In this document: positions 25,439-34,240 of the stretch, one piece after another
Layout of the letters: each line of letters opens with the position of its first letter
How positions within the stretch are numbered: position 1 is the stretch's first letter
Origin: Nemertoderma westbladi
Taxonomy: Eukaryota; Animalia; Xenacoelomorpha
DNA length: 49,153 bases
Direction: 5' to 3'
Assembly: GCA_032718475.1 (NCBI GenBank)
Contig: JAUCBJ010006594.1
Coordinates: 1-49,153, forward strand
The notes under the pieces: model-generated
Told to the model about the DNA's origin: nothing
Database searches by the model: none
What the model saw: the letters and a program-made list of their open reading frames with translations, nothing else
Translations under genes and position numbers: made by a program

Positions 25439-25784
25439 ATAACGGATATTTAGTCTGTATTGCAGTGTAGGCATTAAATACAGTTTAATATTGTTCTGGT
25501 AAGAACAATAACGGATATAGCTTCTGTATTGCAGTAGGCAATAAAGCAGAAGTACCGGCAACCGGTACCAAGTAGGCCTGACTACCTAACCACCCGGACC
25601 GGTACATATAGCAGTACAGGTACAGCAGTATTATTCGATTTTGATAATTATAAGCCGGTAGGTCTTAATAATTAATCGGGGACGCCTGGTTTTTATTGGG
25701 ATTTTACTTAGGCCTATTTCTGTCAGTTTTATTTATTTGTAGGCCAGTATTGAGCAGAAGGCGTGTAAGCCCGCTCAGATTGTA

Positions 25785-26345
25785 CAGATAATTTGTAGGC
25801 TTGACTGTTGTCTGATTGTTGTTAAGTCTGAACGGATTGCAGTGTGTGTAGATCATCTGTCCGATAAAGAACGGTTAGGAAGTAGGGGCAGCAAAAGCTG
25901 TAAGGTAAACCCCCAATTAAAGAATAAGTCGTACTACTGGGTTATAACGCATACTACCTAATCATTTCGGAGTCTGCATGTCCTGTAGTTTATTTAGGCT
26001 TGAGAGTAGTCTGCCATCGTTTAGTCTGTACTTTGTTTGTGTAGTCTGTACAGGTAGCGTATAATTTATTTAGATAATTTGTAGGCTGGATAGTTGTCTG
26101 GCTGCTGTTGGGTTTGAGGAAATTTCGGTGTGTGTAAAGCATCTGTCCGATAAAGAACGGTTAGGAAGTAGGGGCAGCAAAAGCTGTAAGGTAAACCCCC
26201 ATCTAAAGAATAAGTCGTACTACTGGGTTAGAACGCATACTACTTAACCATTTCGGAGTCTACATATACCGTAGTTTGTTTAGGCTTGATAGTAGTCTGT
26301 CAGTATTTGGTCTGCATTTTGTTTGAATGGTCTGTACGCGTAGCA
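25785..26345 (+). repeat. Tandem duplication (~285 bp x2) in the leader of copy C
   Basis: CATCTGTCCGATAAAGAACGGTTAGGAAGTAGGGGCAGCAAAAGCTGTAAGGTAAACCCC at ~25854 and ~26140. Confidence 0.9.
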
Positions 26346-27294
26346 AATTTTTATTATTCAGAGTTTATGCGATTATTCGCAACATTCATATCCCCAAGAT
26401 TATTCCTACAGTAATTGTGTTTGTTATACATACCGTTATAGTTAAACTAACCCCGGTACTATACGGGCTGCTCGGCGTAGGTAAAGACTGGTGATTTTGT
26501 GCACCGGTCACTCCAGCAGATACCGTGGTTCTTTTAGCTGTTCAAGTATTTTTAACTACTGATTATTTGTTATACAAGTATTTGTACCTAATTTAGGGTT
26601 TAGTGTACAGTACTTTCCGAAAGTAATTATTGTAGGCATTATATTTGTGTTGTAAAGTGGTTGATAGGCACATACGTTAGCTCTATTAACTTCTAGGTAG
26701 GAACAATCCGTGATACATAACGTAGTACCTATAGCGATACGGCTATAGGTCGTCAGGCGGTGGTATTTTCCTATCTGGACAGCGCAGTGTATTTACTACT
26801 ACTTATTATTTTCAAATACCGTAGTAACCTGTCCGTTGTAATAACCAGATTTCTAACCCTTTGTTAGGCTGGTTTGTAGACTTCTTGTAAAATTACCCTG
26901 AAAATTCGTATTTTGTGTTTTTGTAAATTTTTGTGTTTATTTAGAGATTGTAATCTCACCCGAATTGTACGTAATTTGTAGTATTAAGTAACTTAGGTAA
27001 ATTAGAATTATTTGTTTTAGTGTCCTATAAGTAGCACTTCACTGAAAGCGCACCGCTTTGTGTAGTGATTGCTCCCCAGAAATAATAACATTTATTTCAA
27101 ACATTGACAAAACCCATTAAAACGGGTATATATATATTATAAATCAACTCAAACGATTTATAAATAGTAGGCCTGCCATACAACAATTAGGTCTCAATAT
27201 CAGTTAGACTACTGCTTAAATAACGGTAATAAAGTAAGTTAAAGTAACCAAGTAACCCTAAAGTTCAGAAATTCAATTATTCTAAAATAATTGA

Positions 27295-27560
27295 TATACC
27301 GGTATTTACGATAGGCCTATTATAATATTTATATTTGTGCTGAAATCATACCGGTATTCTGTAATTAATTCCAGTTAATAATTATACTTATATATACACT
27401 ATAAGTGTAAACTGCATACCGGTATCCACGATAGGCCTATTATATATTTATATATATTTATGCTAAAATTATACCGGTATTCTGTGATAAACCTAGTCTG
27501 TAATAATACTTATATAGTTATATATACTATAAGCATACCGGTATTCTGATATATTATATA
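27295..27560 (+). repeat. ~120-bp AT-rich repeats with TACCGGTA/TAGGCCTA palindromes just upstream of gag
   Basis: TACCGGTA at ~27297, 27349, 27417, 27472 and 27536; the homologous array is at ~680-960 in copy A. Confidence 0.8.
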
Positions 27561-27679
27561 TATCACGATACACTGAGTAGCAGTATAGGTAATTAATTAC
27601 TAGGCTAGCAGTTAATACTGAGTTACTAGACTTGCTCAGACTGTAATACAGCAGTAGACATTCAACTGTACACATAAAC

Positions 27680-30649
27680 ATGTCTGATACTAAGCAGAAC
27701 CTGTCAGACAGTTTATTAGATGTAACTATCTGCGACTCAGATAGAGGCGTAGAACCGTCTAGTCGTAAGTTCAGTTCCCCTCCCACTGTGAGGAAGGTCA
27801 TCCCTCCTGTAGTAATAACAGAACCTAGGCTGGTCCAACATCGTAGGTCTATCATAGGCACTCGAGCTCAGGTCAAGCGGGACCAAGAAGCAGCGGAACA
27901 GCAACAACCCGCGAGCCAAGAATTTATTTCTCAGCGGCCCGACAGCTCCAGTAGTGAAGATACTGTAGAACTGACACCCGAGCGCGGAGCAAAGATGACG
28001 GATGCGGTTTATACGGATCCCCTTCTCGTCCTTCCTGCAGCCGTACTCACTAGGTTATTGATTGCGGTGGAAGAACACCAGATCGATTGGGCGAGAAGTC
28101 AGCGATCAACTAGAGATAGTTATGCGGGATACACGAGGGAAGAACTGAAGTCTATTGTCGAGTCGCAATGGAACTTCCCCGGACCCGGACTCCCGTTTGA
28201 TTTATCAGAAGCTGCCTGGGAAGACATACACCGGATGGGAGTAGCCAAGGAAACCATCGATCCAGCTGTATGGAAGAGGTCCGCAGCCGGATACGCACAA
28301 GGATTCTTCAGCTCTATGGAGCGAGTAGAAAAACAACTGTTTAAACAACCTCAAGGACCTCAAGAGCAGGGACAACTGCTTTATCAAGTTAGAGAAAGAA
28401 TTCTGCGAATTAGGCTAATCTTATCAGCCTTTGAGGAGGCTTCTAAAAGAAGACAAGACACGTCGTTGCAAGTTGCCGTAAAGACTTGGTTTCAACGGGT
28501 GAGTCGCCAGGTTCAAGGAGCAGCTCAGTGGAAAGCTCAGCTGGAGGAGCGCTCAACCCATGGAGAATCAACGGACGCTACTTTTTCCCAAGTGGAAAGT
28601 GAAGCGACGGCAGAGAAACCGCATAAGAAGGATGCCATTGACATCTATCTGTCAGACTATCAGCGTTTTTTGGGAGATGAAGAGTTGAGGAGAAGGCTAG
28701 ATGGACTTAGCCCTAATAGTGAAGGAGCCCAGCGTGTGTTGGATGCAATAGATGTAGATAGGTTAGCGGCGAACCAAGCTAAATTCGATGAACAACTCCG
28801 CATCGCTAGAGAACAAGAAGAACAAGTAAGGAAAAAACGTATAGAAGACAGAAAGATAGCAGCAGTGGCAGAGGCAGAAAGAAAAGCGACCTTGGCAGAA
28901 GCAGCGGCAGAGGCAAAAGCGGCAGCAGCAGAAGCCGAGGCAAAGGCAAAAGCGGCAGCGGCAGAGGCAAAAGCGGCAGCAGCAGAAGCCGAGGCAAAGG
29001 CAAAAGCGGCAGCGGCAGAGGCAAAAGCGGCAGCGGCAGAGGCAAAAGCGGCAGCGGTGGCGGAAGCAGAACGGAGAGCGGCTGAAGAGATCACCCAACT
29101 GGAGTTGGAAAATCTTCAAGAGAAGCAAGACGACTTCAGTAAACAGTTAACAGCTAGTAATATGCAGATGATGAATCGATCTACTCCCAAAAGACAGGGA
29201 TATACATCATCTGAAGAAGGCGATGCCACCGATACTGAAGGCAAAGGAAATAGATCTCGTCTAAGCAGACGTAAAAGAACATTCCACCGTCAGAAATTGC
29301 CTGATTTGCCTCCAGCTGTTAGAAGGCAACTAAATAACACCAACTTAGGCAGTACAGAACCCACAGACCAAATAATTAAAATAGAAAGACTCCCTACTAT
29401 AGTAGATGAGCCTGAAATAATTAGGCCTGTTTTTGAAATCACCCCTTCGGTGATAGACACACCTGTGCTCCCTGAAGCTACCTCTAAATTCCCTCTGCAT
29501 AGCACTAAGCTACCTGTGCCCAGTAGAACTGCCCAGGAGACAGTTCGGGTCCTGGACCCCGAGCGAAATATTCCTAATTTGTCGCCCGTTGTCCCTCGTC
29601 CGCCCGCTACAACGTTGGCGACTCCCGCTTCGGCGGTCGAATGGGTGGACGAGAGACGGCGGGGGATGGATCTCCTGCTCGGGCAGATGCAGGAGACGGT
29701 TCAGCAATTCAAGGGCACAGTAAGGGAAAGTAGGCTAGAGTTGCAAGAGGTGCAGCAAAGTATCGCGCTAGAACGCGATAAATTAGTAAATACACAAAGA
29801 GGTATACCACCACCCTCAGTAACAATGTGTCAACCTGTTAGGTCTGAAGTATCTCATGCGCAAGGTGTGGAGCCTACACGCATATATACTGCTAGCGAAG
29901 TCGAAACTCCTATAGTGAACCCTATTAAGGGTAATTATAGACCTGTTGATAATGACATTCCCTATAGAGCTGATCATAATCCGAGAAATTTATATACCGA
30001 TAACTCGATATTAAATAACACGATGGCCCAAGAAAGTTTTACGCGTCAAATGGCTAGAACCGAAGCCCGGCAAGCGGTGAAGGTGGGAGAGATAGTCAAA
30101 TTCAATGGAGATGAGATGAAATGGTTACCTTTTAATGAATATTACAAAGATAACATACAGAACTCTGTACTGTCTAATGGAGAGAAACTTAGATTCCTCA
30201 TCGAGTGCTTGGAAGGATCTCCCAAGTTAATGGCGTTAAAGTTTATTGGACATCCAGACGGATTAAGACAAGTTTGGGATACACTAAACATCAGGTATGG
30301 TAATAGGAATAACATAGCTGGGTATTTGTATGCAAAGTTGGTAGCGCCCCGAAAGTTTATTAGCAGCGGAATTATAGAGTTTTCCGATGAGATTCAGGAG
30401 ATCTGTAGACAATTAGATTGGCTAGGTAAGTCTCATGAGTATCAGAATGCTATGGTTATTAGAGCAGTGGCTTCTACCTTACCGAAGGGTGGAGTAGGTA
30501 CACGCTGGGATAAGAAAGTGTTATATATGATGGAACAACAACGACGAGACCCTACCATGTCTGATCTCATGTCATTCCTGGATGGAGAAGTGAAATTACA
30601 GCTCCTGAAACTGTCCAGAGAGAAGACACCGGAAAACAAGGTAAGTTAA
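27680..30649 (+). CDS. gag: Gag (long N-terminal/coiled-coil region + BEL capsid-like region), 989 aa
   Basis: KFNGDEMKWLPFNEYY...LSNGEKLRFLIECLEG...WDTLNIRYG matches the BEL/Pao gag (DUF1759-type) pattern. Same reading frame as the downstream pol, separated by one TAA. Confidence 0.88.
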   Translation: MSDTKQNLSDSLLDVTICDSDRGVEPSSRKFSSPPTVRKVIPPVVITEPRLVQHRRSIIGTRAQVKRDQEAAEQQQPASQEFISQRPDSSSSEDTVELTPERGAKMTDAVYTDPLLVLPAAVLTRLLIAVEEHQIDWARSQRSTRDSYAGYTREELKSIVESQWNFPGPGLPFDLSEAAWEDIHRMGVAKETIDPAVWKRSAAGYAQGFFSSMERVEKQLFKQPQGPQEQGQLLYQVRERILRIRLILSAFEEASKRRQDTSLQVAVKTWFQRVSRQVQGAAQWKAQLEERSTHGESTDATFSQVESEATAEKPHKKDAIDIYLSDYQRFLGDEELRRRLDGLSPNSEGAQRVLDAIDVDRLAANQAKFDEQLRIAREQEEQVRKKRIEDRKIAAVAEAERKATLAEAAAEAKAAAAEAEAKAKAAAAEAKAAAAEAEAKAKAAAAEAKAAAAEAKAAAVAEAERRAAEEITQLELENLQEKQDDFSKQLTASNMQMMNRSTPKRQGYTSSEEGDATDTEGKGNRSRLSRRKRTFHRQKLPDLPPAVRRQLNNTNLGSTEPTDQIIKIERLPTIVDEPEIIRPVFEITPSVIDTPVLPEATSKFPLHSTKLPVPSRTAQETVRVLDPERNIPNLSPVVPRPPATTLATPASAVEWVDERRRGMDLLLGQMQETVQQFKGTVRESRLELQEVQQSIALERDKLVNTQRGIPPPSVTMCQPVRSEVSHAQGVEPTRIYTASEVETPIVNPIKGNYRPVDNDIPYRADHNPRNLYTDNSILNNTMAQESFTRQMARTEARQAVKVGEIVKFNGDEMKWLPFNEYYKDNIQNSVLSNGEKLRFLIECLEGSPKLMALKFIGHPDGLRQVWDTLNIRYGNRNNIAGYLYAKLVAPRKFISSGIIEFSDEIQEICRQLDWLGKSHEYQNAMVIRAVASTLPKGGVGTRWDKKVLYMMEQQRRDPTMSDLMSFLDGEVKLQLLKLSREKTPENKVS
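28858..29082 (+). repeat. Coding minisatellite (AEAKAAAA)n in gag
   Basis: Repeated GCAGAGGCAAAAGCGGCAGC units; a shorter, different expansion is present in copy B at ~17210-17325. Confidence 0.9.
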
Positions 30650-30679
30650 AAACCCGTCTCTAGGAGAAAGGTAACACCA

Positions 30680-33600
30680 GTGTGTTATACAGACGACGGC
30701 GAAAGCCAGACTTCTCAAGGAGAAGATAGCGGGAAGGACACTGATAGATCTTATTACGTGAATAAAATGCCTAAAGATCAGGTAAGTAAATTCAAGTCTC
30801 GAACAAATGACAGGAGAGAACAGGTAAGAAAAACTCCTCCTACGTCTCCCAAGAGAATTCAGGTGAGAAAGCCCGAAGAAAAAGCAAGTGTACACAATGT
30901 GACTCAGAGTAAGGTGAGTAACATCAAACCGAAATGTGCGCTATGTGACGGGACCCATCGCTTAAATATGTGTGATGAATTTCTAAAGAAATCATTAACT
31001 GAGAGACGTGAAGTCATGTGGGATAAGCGGTTATGTTATAATTGCCTCAGACAAGGACACCAACGGCGAACCTGTTACTCGAACATAAGGTGTGCAAAGT
31101 GTGGTGCGAAACATCATATCTTGTTGCACGCTGAATTCGAGCGAAATAGTCCGAATCAGGTAAGTGATTCCGAACTACATGTCCAATTCAGTGATGTGAA
31201 CGACACTGATCAATCTGAGATGGAAGGATTCTATACGGACGAGTTCTCCGACGAAAACGAATCCTGTTATATGATAAATACCGCAGTGTATCGAGCACTC
31301 ACATATGAAAAGGATACAGACAGCGATTTCACTCTAACTACTTCTGAACGACAACCATCTTGGAAAGAGCCATCTTCCAATGTAGGGATCCGAGAGTTTC
31401 CTGTGGTGCAAGTAAGGGTTCACGGACCTAAGAGGAGTTATGTAGTGAACGCCCTCCTTGACTCCGGTAGTACAGGAACATTCATCGACAAAGAGCTAGC
31501 CGAAGACATATTTGCTGGACAACCCAAGTTCCAAACTAAGCTCAACATGTCCGGCATTATGCAAGTTTGGAAATCTACAATAACAGCGGATTATTATGTA
31601 GGAGCGTTGTCCACCCCCCAGGACGAACTAGGAGAACATAGCATAAGGTCAGTGAAAATGGTGGCTATAAAGAACTTCGCTACTACTCAAGCAGACCTTT
31701 ATAATTGGGATGAGGATGAGAGCATCCAACATCTTAACATACCTCGATTCCAGACTGATTATCCTGGAGTGCAAATACTCATCGACCAAAACGCGCATGA
31801 GGCGCTGGAGACATTAGAGAAACGGCCTGCTCAACCGCAGCCACTACAGACCTATGCGGTAAGAACTAGAGTAGGTTGGTACTTTAATGGCCCTTCCCGT
31901 AGAACACTCAGAGAAAGACTACCGCAAGAGAGCGTCTGCCAGGTGAGTGAATGGGAAGATGATGCTAGTGAGGGAGACGATTTAACTGAGGGAACTCCAT
32001 ACTCCTCAGATAACGACGACGTTCACCAGCTTTTTGATGAGGAGAATACCATCGATCTCCTTAAGGAAAACGAGGCTTGGCAAAACCAAGTGAACTTATG
32101 TCAACTTCTCTATCCATCTGAACGAGAAGCTTATAACGACGAGTTAAATGACGTCATTGAGCGTTGCAATGCCAAGACTCGAGATGAACATGCCGTACGA
32201 TTCTTTACGCAAGAGGCGGTAGAGCCCAATTCCTACGATAAAGCCTTGTCGGTGGAAGAGGAAAGGGCCAAGCAGATCCAAGAGACAACTACACGTTTCC
32301 TCAAAGATCAAGGTAGGTATGAAGTCGGTCTACCTTTCCGCAAGAGAGAACCGAAGTTCATCAATAACAGACCCTTGGCGGAAAAAAGAATCGCGCAACT
32401 CCATCGACGCCTTACGGCTAATTCTTCAGCTAAAGAAATGTATCAAACACAGCTGGATAAATTTATTAGTAAGGGATACGCGGAGAGAGTACCGGAAAAA
32501 ACACCTGTGACTGAAAGAACGTATTACTTAACTCACCATTACGTTCCTAAACCCGGTAAACCACATGAAGTGAGAGTAGTGTTTGATGGCTCCGCTCTTT
32601 ACATGGGTCAATCCCTTAACTCTGAATTGTTACCAGGACCCAACTTACTTCAATCTTTGTTGGGAATTCTTTTAAGATTGAGACAATATTCGATTGCTTT
32701 CGCCTCCGATATAGAAGGCATGTTCTTGCAAGTCAAAGTGTTGGATAGGGATCGAGATAGCCTACGATTTCTATGGTGGCCCGAAGGAGACCTCAACCAG
32801 AAACCGGTGGAGTATTGGATGACCATCCAGGCCTTTGGGATAATCTCAAGCCCTTCCAACGCCTGTTCGGTAGTGCGTACCACTGCAGAGGACAATCGAG
32901 AGGCCTTCTCTAAGGAAGTGATCGACAACATCAAGCGGGACATATACATGGACGACAATCTGAAGTCCCTTCCATCAGTTGAGGAAGCCATTGAGGTCGC
33001 TAAAGGAACGGTAGAGTGCTTAAAAAGAGGTGGGTTTCGATTAACAAAATTCACCAGCAACTCCCGTGAGTTTCTGGAGTCGATCCCTGCGGAAGATCGA
33101 GGGGCGAAAGATCTAGATTTGATCAAAGATGATCTGCCAGAAACCAAGACACTCGGCTTGAAATGGGACACAGAGCGAGATATCCTGTTTTTCCAGCTAA
33201 AACAGCGAGATAATCCAGTTCGAACCAAACGGATTTGCTTAAGTATACTGAGCACTTATTTCGATCCATTGGGATTTATTAGCCCAGTTATATTGATTGC
33301 TCGTAGTTTGGTACAACAAATGTGGCTTGAAAACCACTCATGGGACGATCCACTTAAGGGAGAATTATTGAAGAAGTGGATGAAATGGGAAGATTCTCTG
33401 CCGGCTATCGAGGATTTTATAATTTCCCGTTCATATTTTGGTCATGTTCTCCCTACGTATTCCTATCAACTCCATGTGTTTGGAGACGCCAGCGATATGG
33501 GAATAGGTATAGTAGCCTATCTAAGAGTGGAAACTCCGGATGGAATCAAAGTCGCCTTGGTTACTTCTAAGGCATTAATCAACAACAAGTTGAAAGTTCC

Positions 33601-34240
33601 TCGAGCGGAGTTAAAAGCGGCTCTATACGCTACAGCCATCGGCCGGAATGTAACAGAACAGATTGACTATCCATTAGAGAAAACTGTCTATTGGACCGAC
33701 GCTTTACTCGTGTTAGAGTATATAACCAATGAAGTCTGTCAGTTCAGCGTCTTCGTTACCAACAGAGTAGCCATCATACTTAGTCGCACGACGATGGACC
33801 AATGGAGACATTGCCCCGGAACGATTAATCCAGCAGACATCGCTTCCCGAGGAGCGACTCCAAAAGAATTGGTAAATACTCCCGAATGGTTAGGTGGACC
33901 CGACTTTCTCTACAGAGAAGAAGAAGAATGGCCTCCCCATCTCACAACAGCAGAGATCAGACAGGCCAAGGGAGCGGAGAAAGTTAAACCCAAAACTCGA
34001 GCGAGTAAATTGAAGTTGTTTAAACCTGCGGTTGATCTATCTGTATTATTTACTTCCGGAGAGGATGCTTTGGATCAGAAACCCACAGCCACGGATAAAG
34101 AAGTCTTGGAAATCCGTGACAAGGATTGGAAATCTGGAATACCAGATATTTCGCAAGGACTCTCACCCCTCTTGCAGAGAGCGATACGTCACTACAGTTC
34201 CTGGAATCGGCTCTGTAAGGCCGTCACCTATTTGAAATGA
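30680..34240 (+). CDS. pol: Zinc knuckles + aspartic protease + reverse transcriptase + RNase H (BEL/Pao pol)
   Basis: CALCDGTHRLNMC, CYNCLRQGHQRRTC, CAKCGAKHHILLH; ALLDSGST; RVVFDGS, GPNLL, SDIEGMFLQV, YMDD, TLGLKW, FDPLG; LHVFGDAS, PRAEL, YWTDA, NPADIASRG. Ends at a premature TGA where copy B has AGA. Confidence 0.95.
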   Translation: MCYTDDGESQTSQGEDSGKDTDRSYYVNKMPKDQVSKFKSRTNDRREQVRKTPPTSPKRIQVRKPEEKASVHNVTQSKVSNIKPKCALCDGTHRLNMCDEFLKKSLTERREVMWDKRLCYNCLRQGHQRRTCYSNIRCAKCGAKHHILLHAEFERNSPNQVSDSELHVQFSDVNDTDQSEMEGFYTDEFSDENESCYMINTAVYRALTYEKDTDSDFTLTTSERQPSWKEPSSNVGIREFPVVQVRVHGPKRSYVVNALLDSGSTGTFIDKELAEDIFAGQPKFQTKLNMSGIMQVWKSTITADYYVGALSTPQDELGEHSIRSVKMVAIKNFATTQADLYNWDEDESIQHLNIPRFQTDYPGVQILIDQNAHEALETLEKRPAQPQPLQTYAVRTRVGWYFNGPSRRTLRERLPQESVCQVSEWEDDASEGDDLTEGTPYSSDNDDVHQLFDEENTIDLLKENEAWQNQVNLCQLLYPSEREAYNDELNDVIERCNAKTRDEHAVRFFTQEAVEPNSYDKALSVEEERAKQIQETTTRFLKDQGRYEVGLPFRKREPKFINNRPLAEKRIAQLHRRLTANSSAKEMYQTQLDKFISKGYAERVPEKTPVTERTYYLTHHYVPKPGKPHEVRVVFDGSALYMGQSLNSELLPGPNLLQSLLGILLRLRQYSIAFASDIEGMFLQVKVLDRDRDSLRFLWWPEGDLNQKPVEYWMTIQAFGIISSPSNACSVVRTTAEDNREAFSKEVIDNIKRDIYMDDNLKSLPSVEEAIEVAKGTVECLKRGGFRLTKFTSNSREFLESIPAEDRGAKDLDLIKDDLPETKTLGLKWDTERDILFFQLKQRDNPVRTKRICLSILSTYFDPLGFISPVILIARSLVQQMWLENHSWDDPLKGELLKKWMKWEDSLPAIEDFIISRSYFGHVLPTYSYQLHVFGDASDMGIGIVAYLRVETPDGIKVALVTSKALINNKLKVPRAELKAALYATAIGRNVTEQIDYPLEKTVYWTDALLVLEYITNEVCQFSVFVTNRVAIILSRTTMDQWRHCPGTINPADIASRGATPKELVNTPEWLGGPDFLYREEEEWPPHLTTAEIRQAKGAEKVKPKTRASKLKLFKPAVDLSVLFTSGEDALDQKPTATDKEVLEIRDKDWKSGIPDISQGLSPLLQRAIRHYSSWNRLCKAVTYLK

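Noticed and set aside
25425-25445. GCGCGAACA resembles part of the tRNA-Lys3 PBS (TGGCGCCCGAACAGGGAC)
   Set aside because: It lacks TGG, the match is partial, and the motif is inside the LTR because it is also present at the 3' LTR end.
28660-29128. Minus-strand ORFs rich in Ala/Ser, Cys/Arg/Phe or Leu/Pro
   Set aside because: Antisense shadows of the gag minisatellite.
32650-33255. 201-aa antisense ORF also seen in copy B (11427-11867)
   Set aside because: Lies opposite the conserved RT frame, so its conservation is explained by the sense strand.
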